From the NCBI RefSeq assembly GCF_049554935.1, contig NZ_CP186926.1:992001-1056000 (forward strand): DNA of 64,000 nucleotides. The letters run 5' to 3'. Position numbers and translations under genes: made by a program. Under the pieces are notes generated by a model. The model was not told the origin of the DNA, searched no databases, and saw only the letters and a program-made list of their open reading frames with translations. Origin of the DNA: Methanocaldococcus indicus (GTDB lineage: Archaea > AGJL01 > Methanococci > Methanococcales > Methanocaldococcaceae). Shown here one piece after another: positions 1 to 11,564 of this stretch (positions within the stretch are counted from its first letter, which is position 1; every line of letters begins with the position of its first letter).

Positions 1-74
1 ACTTAACTGATGAGGATATTGAAATTATCCAAAAATATATTGATGAGAAATGCAAACTCTTAGGATTAGATTAA
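1..74 (+). CDS. porB: 3' end of a gene, probably pyruvate:ferredoxin oxidoreductase beta subunit (partial)
   Basis: Frame from base 3 reads LTDEDIEIIQKYIDEKCKLLGLD* (TAA 72-74), resembling methanococcal PorB C-termini; followed by a PorE/F-type ferredoxin. Confidence 0.55.
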   Translation, partial: LTDEDIEIIQKYIDEKCKLLGLD

Positions 75-106
75 AAATCAAAAAAAAAAAATTTTGAGGG
101 ATAATA

Positions 107-598
107 ATGAAGAAAATAATGATGATAAATGATTTATGTGACAACTGTGGAGTTTGTATAAGAGCATGTATGAAAAAACATAAAGTTTCAAGAATTGCAA
201 TAATGGAAAAAAATAAAAAGTATCTTCCAATAGTTTGTCAGCACTGCACTTCAGCACCATGTAAAGATGTTTGTCCAGTTGGAGCAATATACTTCAAAAA
301 TGGCTATGTGTATTTAGATGAGAATATTTGTATTGGTTGTGGGCTATGTGCATTAGCATGTCCATTTGGAGCCATAGTTATGGAAGATAAAGCGTACAAA
401 TGTATTTTATGTGATGGAGAAGAGCCAGTTTGTGTTAAAGCATGTCCAAAAAAATGTTTAGATGTTGTTGATGTAAATGAACTTACATTTAAAAAAAGAG
501 AGAAAGTTCTACCAATTTTTGAAAAAATAAAATTAGATGGAAATAAACCTTCTGATGTAATAGATAAAATAATAACTCCTGCTAAGATTAATTTATAA
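107..598 (+). CDS. 4Fe-4S dicluster (CooF/HycB-like) electron-transfer protein, PorE/PorF-like
   Basis: Four Cys clusters: CDNCGVC..C, CQHC...PC...CP, CIGCGLCALACP, KCILC...PVC...CP. Confidence 0.85.
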   Translation: MKKIMMINDLCDNCGVCIRACMKKHKVSRIAIMEKNKKYLPIVCQHCTSAPCKDVCPVGAIYFKNGYVYLDENICIGCGLCALACPFGAIVMEDKAYKCILCDGEEPVCVKACPKKCLDVVDVNELTFKKREKVLPIFEKIKLDGNKPSDVIDKIITPAKINL

Positions 599-627
599 AA
601 TTTTTTATTTTTAAAAGGTGAATTTTT

Positions 628-1344
628 TTGGCTATTGGAAAAGTTTATTTAGTTGGAGCTGGTCCAGGTGATAAAGAACTTATAACATTAAAAGCTATAA
701 ATATATTAAAAAAAGCAGACGTTATTGTATATGATGCTTTAATTAACAAAGAGATACTAAACTATGCCAAAGAAGGTGCTGAACTGATATATGTTGGGAA
801 AAGAAAGGACAAACATACCTTAAAGCAGGAAGAAATAAATAAATTATTGGTTAAGAAAGCTAAGGAAGGAAAGATTGTTGTAAGATTAAAAGGAGGAGAC
901 CCATTTATATTTGGTAGGGGAGGAGAGGAGATTCTAGAATTAAAGAAAAACAATATTCCATATGAAGTAGTTCCAGGAGTTACATCAGCTATTGCTGTTC
1001 CTGAGGTTTTTGGTATTCCACTTACACATAGGGGAGTAGCAAAATCTTTAACAATTGTTACAGGGCATGAGATGGAAGGAGAGAATAAAGTAGATTTTAG
1101 TAAATTCCAAGCTGATACATTGGTTATATTAATGGGAATATCCAATTTAGATAAGATTGTTAATCAACTATTAAAAAGTAGGAGTGAAAATACGCCAATA
1201 GCTATTATAACAAATGCTTTCTTTGGAAATGAAAAGATTGTTAAAGGAACACTTAAAGATATTTTAGAGAAAGCTAAAAAAGAGGATATAAAACCACCAG
1301 GCATTATTGTTGTTGGTGATGTTGTTTCTCTAATGGACAGTTAG
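628..1344 (+). CDS. cobA: uroporphyrinogen-III C-methyltransferase
   Basis: VYLVGAGPGD, RLKGGDPFIFGRGGEE, VVPGVTS motifs; TTG start after GGTGA. Confidence 0.95.
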   Translation: MAIGKVYLVGAGPGDKELITLKAINILKKADVIVYDALINKEILNYAKEGAELIYVGKRKDKHTLKQEEINKLLVKKAKEGKIVVRLKGGDPFIFGRGGEEILELKKNNIPYEVVPGVTSAIAVPEVFGIPLTHRGVAKSLTIVTGHEMEGENKVDFSKFQADTLVILMGISNLDKIVNQLLKSRSENTPIAIITNAFFGNEKIVKGTLKDILEKAKKEDIKPPGIIVVGDVVSLMDS

Positions 1345-1717
1345 GGCATTTTCCACAACATAAACATAATATTTTTTTATCTAATGAAGATACTCCAATA
1401 GTTATTAGCCCACAAACAACATTTTTATCTTTAAACAATTTCCTAACCTTTCTAAAACCAATACCACAAGATAGAACAATGATGTTCTTTTCTTTAATAT
1501 TTTGAGGAATGCTTTTATAGCATATACCATTAATTATTGTGTAGGAAACATTATATCCAAATTTTTTTAAAAAATTTGTTAATTGTAAAATACTATTTAT
1601 ATCTCCTGTTTTACAAATCTTAGCACAAATACCACAACTTAAAATATGAATATCCATGTCATCCAACAAATCATTTTTAATTAAATTGTAGTCTCTTTTT
1701 TTGGTTAAAACTACCAT
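1304..1717 (-). CDS. Cys-rich protein resembling MTHFR_C/MetV (methylene-THF reductase small subunit) family
   Basis: SCGICAKICKTG, GIC, VLSCGIG and C-terminal CLCCGKC pattern resembles the MetV layout. Confidence 0.5.
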   Translation of the reverse strand: MVVLTKKRDYNLIKNDLLDDMDIHILSCGICAKICKTGDINSILQLTNFLKKFGYNVSYTIINGICYKSIPQNIKEKNIIVLSCGIGFRKVRKLFKDKNVVCGLITIGVSSLDKKILCLCCGKCPNCPLEKQHHQQQ

Positions 1718-1723
1718 ATAACC

Positions 1724-2464
1724 TCATTTTTTTATTTCTTTTAACACAGAATCATAGGCTATATATCCAGCTTTATGTAATATTGTATCTCCAAGCTCCT
1801 TGTCTATTTTCATACTTGCTAAACATGGATAATTGTGATGTGCATTTGCTATTTCTTCTTTTACTTTTTCTATATCTAACTCCAATCCTTTTAATCTTTT
1901 AGCAATATAGTATGTTTCTCCACATGGAGATGATATAAGAACTTTAATATCTTTTATTTTGTTATCCTCTACTAATATATTTAATTTAGGTTTTCCTATT
2001 TTAAAGTAGTCAATAAATTTGTTAATATAGTTATATTCTTCTTTCTTCTCTAATGAGCAGAAAGGTTTTGGATTTGCAAACTCAATATTTAGCTTATCAC
2101 ATATCTTTTTTAGTTCTCTTCTCATTCCTAAGGATAAGTCTTCTGGACTTTCAGATGGCACTATTAAAGCTTTATATCCCTTATCTTTTAAATAGTAAGG
2201 AAGTTCATACAATAAATCTTCATGTAGCTGAGCTACACAAACATCTCCTTTTGGAATATCAGGAATATACTCCTCTGGCTCATCTATAAATTCAATATTA
2301 ACATCCTCTATAATGACTCTCTCTAAATCTTCTTTATAACTAAAATTACCTCTACAATTATAACAATCTTCACAAATTCTACAAAAATCAGGATTATTTA
2401 CAAGATGATTGTAAAACTTTTCCATTCTTTTGTTACTTTTATGATAGATAAATAGAGCTTTCAT
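1724..2464 (-). CDS. DUF166 family protein
   Basis: HEDLLYELP, PKPFCSL, SSPCGETYYIAK, HHNYPCLASM, LHKAG motifs; N-terminal CxxCxxCxxC. Confidence 0.75.
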   Translation of the reverse strand: MKALFIYHKSNKRMEKFYNHLVNNPDFCRICEDCYNCRGNFSYKEDLERVIIEDVNIEFIDEPEEYIPDIPKGDVCVAQLHEDLLYELPYYLKDKGYKALIVPSESPEDLSLGMRRELKKICDKLNIEFANPKPFCSLEKKEEYNYINKFIDYFKIGKPKLNILVEDNKIKDIKVLISSPCGETYYIAKRLKGLELDIEKVKEEIANAHHNYPCLASMKIDKELGDTILHKAGYIAYDSVLKEIKK

Positions 2465-2701
2465 TTTTTTCCCTCTTATGGTTGTGATAATAATATTCTC
2501 TTTAAAAAACTTTTTTTTATCATATTTAAGTTTAGAATAAACATAACCACTATAAAAACATTCTTTTATTGGATTTTTTGCAGTTTTCTATCCTATTCCA
2601 TCAGTTATTCATAATAAATTGGACATTGTTGTTATTGTTTTTTAATAAATTGATTATTATAATTCTATATTATAAACTTTGGAATCAAAAAAATAAAATA
2701 G

Positions 2702-2973
2702 TACGGATTAAATCCTATATTAATTGTGATTAAACCATTTAAATCACATTTAAAGAATTAATAGCTAATAATTTAAATACCTTAAGTATAGTCCATTTAG
2801 TAAAATTAAAAAACATAAAAATTGAAGTTTTAGGTAAAAAAGTTAAAATAGAAGATTTAAAAATGACTTCAACGAAAATAAAACTAAATTAAAGACTGTT
2901 AACCGGAGAAATTCTTATAATATCTGATAGTAAATATTCCTATAGATACAGAAAGATATTAACTTGGTCCTAA
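2702..2973 (+). pseudogene. possible decayed MscS-family mechanosensitive channel fragment
   Basis: Frame 2743-2973 reads ITFKELIANNL...IEVLGKKVKIEDLKMTSTKIKLN*RLLTGEILIISDSK, reminiscent of MscS TM3 and beta domain, with an in-frame stop. Confidence 0.35.
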
Positions 2974-3017
2974 CAAAAAAATATTAATAAATGAAGTATT
3001 TTAAAATGGTAATTTTT

Positions 3018-4015
3018 ATGCCTAACTATTATTTAATAGCACTTTCTAATAAAGAAAACCTAGAAATATGTAAAAAAGAATTAATGGCAGGATTTCCAAA
3101 CAGTAAAAATGGTTTTTGGGCATATTTAGAAATAAACGAGGGAGACTATGTATCTTTTTTATATGGAGCTAAAATACATAATTTGTATAAAGTATCAAAA
3201 AAAATAACATATAAAAACAAAGAAGATTCAGAAAAACCCTGGAAAAAATAGCTTTTCGGTCAGAAAAAGGAAAGAGGGAATATAATTTTCCATTTAGATT
3301 GCTTTTAGAGCAAATTAGGGAATTTGAAGAATCCTTAGTAAAGACAGAATTTATATATATTGCGGAGGATTTATTGCCTAGAGGTGGATATAAAAAAACA
3401 CATTTTCAAGCTGATGAAACAACATTAAATTATGTTTCTAAAATCGGTAAAACAAAAAATAAAATATATGACCAAAAATGGATTAAACAAAGTATAATAC
3501 CAAAAATAACATTTAATAAAAATAATATTGATCCACCATATGTATGTCTTTTTGACGAATTAATATTGCAAGTTTTAATAAAGGAATATATAGGAAATAA
3601 TTCAGGTAATGTTTTTAATAAAATTTTAAATTATTTCAATATAAATGAAAATTATTATGATTTTGAAGTTTTAAGCGAAAAAGCAATATCTTCTGGATAT
3701 ATTGACTTACTAATAAAAAGAAGACATCCTATAGGAAAAGACCATAAAATTATAATTGAAGTCAAGAAAAACAAAAGTAGAAAAAAAGACATTGAACAAT
3801 TAACAAAATATATGGAAGAATTAGAAGACTGTGTCGGAGGTATTTTAGTAGCAAATAATTTTACTAAAACATGTTTTAAACAAATTAGTAAAACTGATAA
3901 AAAAATATTATTTATCAAATATGATTTTAAAAACTTAGATAAAACAAAAGATTATGTTTTTCAAGATCTATTTAATATGCTAAATTTGAATATTGGATAT
4001 CAATTGTTTTTATGA
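3018..4015 (+). pseudogene. EVE-like + NucS/DUF91-type PD-(D/E)XK nuclease, split by a frameshift in an A6 run (3243-3248)
   Basis: Adding one A joins ...KPWKK to IAFRSEKGKREYNFPFRLLLEQ...; C-terminal GYIDLL..IIIEVKK..DIEQLTKY..GILVA nuclease motif. Confidence 0.7.
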
Positions 4016-4202
4016 GGTCTCAATGATTAAAAACATTTTATGTAAATATATCGTGATTCATTGTTAAAAGTTGTTGTCATTATAGCTGACATGCTGAAAT
4101 TATGTTATTATATTATTGCCAATCGTATCTTTTCCGTAAATAGTTTTTTACTTTTCCCTATTATGTTTTTTGACAAACCTAGTTACTTATAATTTACAAA
4201 AT

Positions 4203-6719
4203 TTATTTATTTTTCCCTCTTATAAACTCTAAAACTTTTTTATGCAACTCTAAAATCATTTTTCTTTTATCTGCCATGAATATGACATCTGATGAGGCCA
4301 TAACAATTAAGTTGAATGAGAATGGTGATGGGCTTGGAAGTTCTAAATAATGGATTTTTCTATTTTTAATTAATTCATAATAGTTTAGGGCATTTTCAAT
4401 ATCTAAATAGTCCTCTAAAATTTCTCTAATAGTTTCTTTGTAAAGTGGATGATTTACCTCTTTGCAATACTCCAAAAGTGCTTCAGCATTTATTTGTTGT
4501 TTTTCAACTGATAACTTTCTATTTAAGTATCTTCTTAATATTAAAAATCCTCTTGTTGCTACATGTCTAAATCTTCTCTTTAAAATTTCACTTCTCTCAA
4601 TACTTTCCTTAACATTCTTAACTATATCTATATTGAATAACTCTAATATATCTTCCTTTTCTAATTTTATGTCTTTTGGTAGAATTAATGAAAAACCATA
4701 ATCATTTACAGTTATCCTTACATTTGTCTCTTTTTTGTTAGAGAGATAGTTGGCAAAAGCTCTTGCTAATGCTTCATTAGCTCTCCTTCCAGCTACAAAA
4801 TGGAATATGTAATATCTTCTTTTTTCCTCTATAAAGCTCTCAATTAATAAATTTTTAGTATCTGGGACAAGAGCATAGTTTTTTTGCTCTTCAATATAAT
4901 TTTTTATAGCTTTTGAAGTTTTTTCATCTATATCATACTTTTTAGATATCTCTCCAACATCTAAATCTTTTACTTCTTCTCTAAATCTTTCAACATCTAA
5001 TGCTAAATCATAAGCTAATGGTAACTGTTCAGAGAACCAAGAGGGAATTGTTGGTTTTTCATTAAATACCTCTTTGACAGTTATTATATTCCCCCTACCT
5101 CCCAAAAATTTATATGTTCTTCCTCCTAAAACAAATATGTCTCCTTTCATTAACCTCTCAGCAAAGTCTTCCTCTACTTCTCCAACATACTTTCCTTCTT
5201 CATTTACAACTAAAATAGCTGTTTCATCAGGAATTGTTCCAACATTCATAAAGTATATTACTCTTGCTCTTCCTTTTTTTCCAAATTTGTTATCTTCAAA
5301 CCATATTTTAGCATAAACTTTCCTATCTTCAATACTTCCAGAGAGATATTTTATAACACTTAAAAAATCTTCTTTACTTAAATCTTTGTAAGGATATGCT
5401 TTCTTAACTAACTCATAAGCTTCATCCACATCCCACACTTTTTCCAAAGCCATTCCAATTATGTGTTGAGCTAAGACATCTAAACAATTTTTTGGGATAT
5501 GGACTCTATCTATCTTCCCAATTTTGGCATCATAAGCTAAAACAACATCCTCAACTAAATCATCTCTATCAAATGGGATAATTATTCCTTTACTCTTTTC
5601 ATCCAATCTATGCCCACTCCTACCAATTCTTTGTAGAGCTCTTGCTACACTCTTTGGAGAACCAAGAAGAACAACTAAATCAATACTTCCAATATCTATC
5701 CCCAACTCTAAGGATGTGGAACTAACACAACAAGAAAGTTCTCCTCTTTTTAGTTTATTTTCTACCTCTAACCTATGCTCTCTACTTAAAGAAGAATGAT
5801 GTGCCTCTATCCTATCAATTCCTAACCTTTTTAAATGGAAAACTACTCTTTCAGTTGCACCTCTTGTATTAGTGAAAATTAAAACTGTCTTATGCTCTTT
5901 GATAAGTTTATACAACAGTTTATACAATCTTTCTGTTATAACTTCTGTTGGAGTGTATATAAAATCATCAACAGGAGAAATTACTTTAATCTCTATCTCC
6001 TTTTTATATGAGACATCAACAATATAGCACTCTCTACCAACACCAACCAAAAACTTAGCTATCTCTTCTAATGGTGAAATAGTAGCTGACAATCCAATTC
6101 TTGTAAAGTTTGCTACTCTATTTAATCTCTCCAAAGATAGTGAGAGATGAACTCCTCTTTTATTAGTTAAGGCATGTATCTCATCAACTATAACATACTT
6201 AACATCTTCTAAAAGTTTGGAAAATTTAGGGGAATTTAGAGAGATAGCCAAAGATTCAGGAGTAGTTATTAATATGTGAGGTGGTTTTTTTAGCATCTTC
6301 TGTTTTTGGTAACTTGTGGTATCACTTGTTCTCACAGCTACTCTAATCTCATCTAACTCAATATCTAACTCCTTAGCTACTTCATAAATCTCTTTTAATG
6401 GTGTTTTTAAATTTTTCTCTATGTCATTATTTAGAGCTCTTAATGGAGAGACATAAATAATATATATTTTATCTTCTAACTTTTTTTCCATAGATAATTT
6501 TACTAACTCATTAATTCCTGCTAAGAAAGCAGATAATGTTTTTCCACTACCTGTAGGAGAGCAAATTAATACATTTTTTTTATTATGTATTTCTTTAATT
6601 GCATATCTTTGAGGAGGTGTAAATGTTTTATACTTTCTTTTAAACCATTCTTTTACTGGCTTTTCTAAAATAGAATAAATTTCCTCATCAGAATATTCTT
6701 TATTTAAATATTTTATCAT
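4203..6719 (-). CDS. lhr: Lhr-family ATP-dependent SF2 helicase
   Basis: SPTGSGKT, DEIH, SAT, HHSSLS, QRIGRSGH motifs; Lhr C-terminal region. Confidence 0.93.
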   Translation of the reverse strand: MIKYLNKEYSDEEIYSILEKPVKEWFKRKYKTFTPPQRYAIKEIHNKKNVLICSPTGSGKTLSAFLAGINELVKLSMEKKLEDKIYIIYVSPLRALNNDIEKNLKTPLKEIYEVAKELDIELDEIRVAVRTSDTTSYQKQKMLKKPPHILITTPESLAISLNSPKFSKLLEDVKYVIVDEIHALTNKRGVHLSLSLERLNRVANFTRIGLSATISPLEEIAKFLVGVGRECYIVDVSYKKEIEIKVISPVDDFIYTPTEVITERLYKLLYKLIKEHKTVLIFTNTRGATERVVFHLKRLGIDRIEAHHSSLSREHRLEVENKLKRGELSCCVSSTSLELGIDIGSIDLVVLLGSPKSVARALQRIGRSGHRLDEKSKGIIIPFDRDDLVEDVVLAYDAKIGKIDRVHIPKNCLDVLAQHIIGMALEKVWDVDEAYELVKKAYPYKDLSKEDFLSVIKYLSGSIEDRKVYAKIWFEDNKFGKKGRARVIYFMNVGTIPDETAILVVNEEGKYVGEVEEDFAERLMKGDIFVLGGRTYKFLGGRGNIITVKEVFNEKPTIPSWFSEQLPLAYDLALDVERFREEVKDLDVGEISKKYDIDEKTSKAIKNYIEEQKNYALVPDTKNLLIESFIEEKRRYYIFHFVAGRRANEALARAFANYLSNKKETNVRITVNDYGFSLILPKDIKLEKEDILELFNIDIVKNVKESIERSEILKRRFRHVATRGFLILRRYLNRKLSVEKQQINAEALLEYCKEVNHPLYKETIREILEDYLDIENALNYYELIKNRKIHYLELPSPSPFSFNLIVMASSDVIFMADKRKMILELHKKVLEFIRGKNK

Positions 6720-6868
6720 TCTATCTCCTTAATTAATATGGCATTATTAATTTATAGTTTATAGACTATAAAAGCTATTTTTAATATTTTTAATGAATAT
6801 CTAATTTAAAAGATTTAATCTAACCTTTGGTTTTATTATAAATTAAATATATGTGTTTTGGTGATTTA

Positions 6869-7522
6869 ATGATTATCTTTGGATTATTTGGTAAAACAGG
6901 TTGTGGAAAAACTGAAATTTTAAGAAAATTAAAAAAATATCATCCTGTTATAGATATTGAAGAATGTGCAAATACAAGAGGTAGTGTATTAGGTAACTTA
7001 TACCACCTAAAACAAAGGAACCAGGAGGAGTTTGAAAAAGAGCTATATAAACAAATAAAAGAAGCTGAAAAAAGAGGATACTGTATTGTTGAATATGAAG
7101 GAAGGTTTATAGGTGGAGTAAAAAGATTAAAAATTCCTGAATTATTAGCAAATTTAGGCAATTACACATATAAGATATTGATAGAATGTCCTTATGAATG
7201 TCAAATAAAAAGGTTAGTAAGACAATACACTCCAAAAAATGAAAAAGAAAAAAGAATTTTAATTTCAAGGTTTAAATTACTAAAAAAATCATTAAAAAAA
7301 GAGGAAATTTTAAAAGCAATAGATGAAGCTATAAAACTAATTGAAAATGATGATTACTACAATGCAGCTATGTTAATAGAAGAAAAACTTTACAGATTTC
7401 ATTATTTAAGAACTTTAAAAAAAATACAGCCAGATTTAGTAGTATATATTGAAGATAATAATTTAGATAAATATGTGAAAATTATTGATGACTTTATAAA
7501 ATCTAAATTATTAGGCAGGTGA
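6869..7522 (+). CDS. tRNA 2-selenouridine synthase, P-loop subunit (split SelU)
   Basis: [30 protein letters not shown] correspond to the SelU C-terminal domain. Confidence 0.85.
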   Translation: MIIFGLFGKTGCGKTEILRKLKKYHPVIDIEECANTRGSVLGNLYHLKQRNQEEFEKELYKQIKEAEKRGYCIVEYEGRFIGGVKRLKIPELLANLGNYTYKILIECPYECQIKRLVRQYTPKNEKEKRILISRFKLLKKSLKKEEILKAIDEAIKLIENDDYYNAAMLIEEKLYRFHYLRTLKKIQPDLVVYIEDNNLDKYVKIIDDFIKSKLLGR

Positions 7523-7526
7523 AATT

Positions 7527-8189
7527 TTGGATGAAGAAATTTTAGCAAGATTACTAACTTTTAAAGGAGATAGTGGTGTTGTTTTATCAATTGTATTGAA
7601 TGATGGTAGAAAAATGATTACTGATGGAAAAAAAATTCTTGCTGGAAAAATTAGTGGTGAGTTGGCATCATTTATTTTAAATAAATCAAGAGAAATTATT
7701 AAAAATAAAAAAATTGAAGTAGCTGAATTTAACCAATATAAAATTTATTTTGAACCAATAAATATCAAAAGGTTTTTAGATAGCATAGGAAAAGAGCTAA
7801 CAGATGAGTTAATAACAGTGGATGAATTAGAAAAAATAAAAGACAATGTTATTATTGTTGATGTTAGGTCTCCAAAAGAGTATAAAAATGGAACTATACC
7901 AAATGCTATAAATATACCTTTATTTTTAGATAATGAGTATGAGCTTATAGGTAAGATTTATAAAAATGAAGGTAAAGATAAAGCTTTAGAATTAGCTGCA
8001 AGAATTGTTGAAAGTAGTATAAGTAGAATTATGAGAGAAGTAACAAAGTTAGATAAAAGTAAAACAATTGTGGTCTTTTGTGCAAAAGGTGGTATTAGAA
8101 GCCAGGCTGTCTCTTTAATACTAAGACTTTTAGGCTTTAATGTTAAAAGATTAATTGGAGGCTTTAAAGCTTATAAACAATGTTTATAA
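7527..8189 (+). CDS. tRNA 2-selenouridine synthase, rhodanese subunit (split SelU)
   Basis: [37 protein letters not shown]. Confidence 0.85.
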   Translation: MDEEILARLLTFKGDSGVVLSIVLNDGRKMITDGKKILAGKISGELASFILNKSREIIKNKKIEVAEFNQYKIYFEPINIKRFLDSIGKELTDELITVDELEKIKDNVIIVDVRSPKEYKNGTIPNAINIPLFLDNEYELIGKIYKNEGKDKALELAARIVESSISRIMREVTKLDKSKTIVVFCAKGGIRSQAVSLILRLLGFNVKRLIGGFKAYKQCL

Positions 8190-8287
8190 TAAATAGATAT
8201 ATAGTTTTTGGTAATATTATTACAAAAATAAAAAAATAAAAAATTTTGGACTGTTAAAACAAAATATTTAAATATATAGGTGGAGAT

Positions 8288-9736
8288 ATGGAGAGTTATA
8301 ATAAAGTTATGATTTTTGGCTCTGGTCCAATAGTTATAGGACAAGCAGCTGAGTTTGACTTTTCTGGCTCTCAGGCATGTAAAGCCCTAAGAGAGGAAGG
8401 AATATATACAATTTTAGTAAATTCAAATCCAGCAACTATTCAGACAGATATTGAAATGGCAGACAAGGTTTATTTAGAGCCCTTACATCCCAATATAGTT
8501 GGGAAGATAATTGAAAAAGAGAGACCTGATGCAATATTACCAACAATGGGAGGACAAACAGGACTAAACTTAGCTTTGGAATTACATAGAAGAGGAATAT
8601 TGGATAAATATGGAATTAAGTTGTTAGGTTCATCTATAAAAACAATTGAAACAGCAGAAGATAGGGAGTTATTTAGAAAAGCTATGGAAGAAATTAATGA
8701 ACCAGTAACGAAATCAAAGGCTGTTAATTCAGTTGAAGAAGCATTAGAATTTGTTGAAAAAGTAGGATATCCAGTTATAGTAAGGCCAGCTTTTACCTTA
8801 GGAGGTACTGGAGGAGGAGTAGCTCATAATAGAGAGGAGTTAATAGACATAGTTGAGAAAGGTCTTAAACTTTCAATAATCAACCAGGTTTTAATTGATG
8901 AGAGTGTTCTTGGCTGGAAAGAGTTTGAGTTAGAGGTTATGAGAGATAAAAAAGACACATGTATTATAGTCTGTGGTATGGAAAATATAGACCCTATGGG
9001 AATACATACAGGAGAGAGTATTGTAGTTGCTCCTATACAAACACTTCCAGATGAGTTTTATCAAAAACTAAGAGATTCAGCTATTAAGGTTATTAGACAT
9101 CTGAAAGTAGAAGGAGGTTGTAATATACAATTTGCTGTTAATAAAGATTTAACTGAATATAGGATTATAGAGGTAAATCCAAGAGTTTCAAGAAGTTCTG
9201 CCTTAGCAAGTAAAGCAACAGGATATCCAATAGCAAGAGTAGCTGCTAAAATAGCAATTGGTAAGACATTAGATGAGATTATTAATGATGTTACTAAAAA
9301 AACTCCTGCAAGTTTTGAGCCAACAATTGATTATGTAGTTGTTAAGATTCCAAGATGGCCATTTGATAAATTTAAAGAGGTGGATAAAAGATTAACCACA
9401 TTTATGAAATCTACAGGAGAAGTTATGGCAATTGGTAGAAGCTTTGAAGAAGCTCTTCAAAAAGCTGTTAGAAGTTTAGATATTGGAAGATTTGGGCTAA
9501 TTGGAGATGGGAAGGATAAAGATTATTCTGATGAAGAAATAGAGGATATTTTAAAGAATCCAACAGATGAAAGAATCTTTGTTATAGCTAAGGCATTAGA
9601 AAAAGGTTGGAGTGTTGAGAAAATTGTTGAATTTACTAATATAGATGAGTTCTTTATTAAAAAGATTAAGAATATAGTTGATATGAAAAAAGAATTAGAA
9701 AGCTTAAAAAATGAAATAAAAAAATTAAATGCTTAA
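8288..9736 (+). CDS. carB: carbamoyl-phosphate synthase large subunit, N-terminal half (naturally split carB)
   Basis: [35 protein letters not shown]; ends after oligomerisation domain. Confidence 0.95.
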   Translation: MESYNKVMIFGSGPIVIGQAAEFDFSGSQACKALREEGIYTILVNSNPATIQTDIEMADKVYLEPLHPNIVGKIIEKERPDAILPTMGGQTGLNLALELHRRGILDKYGIKLLGSSIKTIETAEDRELFRKAMEEINEPVTKSKAVNSVEEALEFVEKVGYPVIVRPAFTLGGTGGGVAHNREELIDIVEKGLKLSIINQVLIDESVLGWKEFELEVMRDKKDTCIIVCGMENIDPMGIHTGESIVVAPIQTLPDEFYQKLRDSAIKVIRHLKVEGGCNIQFAVNKDLTEYRIIEVNPRVSRSSALASKATGYPIARVAAKIAIGKTLDEIINDVTKKTPASFEPTIDYVVVKIPRWPFDKFKEVDKRLTTFMKSTGEVMAIGRSFEEALQKAVRSLDIGRFGLIGDGKDKDYSDEEIEDILKNPTDERIFVIAKALEKGWSVEKIVEFTNIDEFFIKKIKNIVDMKKELESLKNEIKKLNA

Positions 9737-9753
9737 ATTAGTTTTTAAAATTT

Positions 9754-11409
9754 TTATTTCAAAACAGCTCCTTCATCAGCAGATGATACTAATCTTGCAT
9801 ATCTATATAGATATCCTTTTTTAACCTTTAACTCTGGCTTTTTCCATTTTGATAATCTTTCTTTTATTTCTTCTTCATCTAAATCTAAATCTAATCTTTT
9901 ATTAATCATATCTATTTTTATTATATCTCCATCCTCAACTATTGCTATTGGTCCTCCTGCCATAGCCTCTGGGGAGATATGTCCTATACAAGGTCCTCTA
10001 CTACCACCTGAAAATCTTCCATCAGTTATTAAAGCTACTTTATCATCTAATCCCATTCCACATATAGCTGATGTAGGAGCCAACATCTCTCTCATTCCTG
10101 GACCTCCGGCTGGTCCTTCATATCTTATAACTACTACCTCTCCTCCTTCAATTTCTCCATTTAATATAGCTTTAACAGCTTCTTCCTCAGAGTCATAAAC
10201 CTTAGCATAACCTTCAAATTTATACATACTCTCTTTAACAGCTGATATTTTTACAACAGCCCCATTTGGAGCAAGATTACCTCTTAAAATTCTAATTCCA
10301 GCTGTTTTGTGAATAGGATTGCCTATTGGTCTAATTATATTGTAATCTATATATTTTACTTCTTTAATTATTTCTCCAACAGTTTTTCCACTAACAGTAA
10401 GACAATTTTTTCTAATTTTTTCTTCTAAAACTTTTAAAACAGCTGGAATTCCTCCTGCTTTATGTAAATCAATTATAAAATTCTCTCCTCCAGGTCTTAA
10501 AGAGGCAATGTGAGGAACTTCTTCACTCAATCTATCAAAGTCATCCAAAGTTATAAATTTTGGCTTAATTTCATAAGCTATTGCAGGAATATGTAGAGTG
10601 GTGTTAGTTGAACCACCTAAAGCTAAATCTACTAATATAGCATTTTCAAATGATTCCTTTGTTAAGATTTTATCAGGAGTTATATTGTTCTTCACTAATT
10701 CCACAATTCTCATACCACTTCTTTTAGCAATTCTTATTTTTTCTGCTGTATTTGCATGTGAAGTAGCACAGTAAGGGAGAGATAATCCCAAAGCCTCTGT
10801 TATACATGCCATAGTATTGGCTGTGAATAAACCTGCACAACTTCCAGCTCCTGGACATGCATTGTTTTCAAGCTCTTTTAACTCTTCTTCAGAAATTTTC
10901 CCAGCTTTATACTCCCCAATACCCTCAAATACAGATATTAAATCTACTCTCTTCCCTTTACATTCTCCTGGGAACATTGCTCCTCCTGTAACAACTATAA
11001 AAGGCAATCCTGTCCTTATAGCTCCCATTATCATTCCAGGGACTATCTTATCACAACATGGAATTAAAACTAATCCATCAAATCCATGAGCCTTTGCCAT
11101 ACTTTCTACAGTATCAGCTATAATCTCTCTTGATGGGAGTGAGTATCTCATTCCTTCATGTCCCATTGCTATTCCATCACATATAGCCATAGTGTTGAAT
11201 TCAAAAGCTGTCCCTCCACTTGCATATATTCCTTTTTTAACAGCTTCTGCAATCTCTCTAAGATGAATATGTCCTGGAACTACTTCAGTAAAGCTATTTA
11301 CAACACCAATGAATGGCTTTTCAAGTTCTTCATCTGTATATCCACATGCTTTTAACAAACTTCTATGTGGAGCCCTCTCAATCCCTTTCTTTACTCTATC
11401 ACTTATCAT
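9754..11409 (-). CDS. ilvD: dihydroxy-acid dehydratase
   Basis: [31 protein letters not shown]. Confidence 0.97.
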   Translation of the reverse strand: MISDRVKKGIERAPHRSLLKACGYTDEELEKPFIGVVNSFTEVVPGHIHLREIAEAVKKGIYASGGTAFEFNTMAICDGIAMGHEGMRYSLPSREIIADTVESMAKAHGFDGLVLIPCCDKIVPGMIMGAIRTGLPFIVVTGGAMFPGECKGKRVDLISVFEGIGEYKAGKISEEELKELENNACPGAGSCAGLFTANTMACITEALGLSLPYCATSHANTAEKIRIAKRSGMRIVELVKNNITPDKILTKESFENAILVDLALGGSTNTTLHIPAIAYEIKPKFITLDDFDRLSEEVPHIASLRPGGENFIIDLHKAGGIPAVLKVLEEKIRKNCLTVSGKTVGEIIKEVKYIDYNIIRPIGNPIHKTAGIRILRGNLAPNGAVVKISAVKESMYKFEGYAKVYDSEEEAVKAILNGEIEGGEVVVIRYEGPAGGPGMREMLAPTSAICGMGLDDKVALITDGRFSGGSRGPCIGHISPEAMAGGPIAIVEDGDIIKIDMINKRLDLDLDEEEIKERLSKWKKPELKVKKGYLYRYARLVSSADEGAVLK

Positions 11410-11564
11410 TAATTTCCCCTCCAAATTGATAATTTTAAAAGATATGTAAGTTAATATTATTAAATACTATGTTCATAGTTGTGTTACAAATTTTCACAAA
11501 ATAGTAAATTTTATATACCAAATGAGTATTAAGTAGAAATTAGAAAGAAAAAAGGTGAAAATAT

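Noticed and set aside
4203-6719. Intein in the helicase (also considered for DP1 and HsdR)
   Set aside because: Lengths are normal, with no intein splice-junction or LAGLIDADG blocks visible
8288-9736. carB appears truncated
   Set aside because: Split carB is normal in Methanocaldococcus; clean end after the N-terminal half
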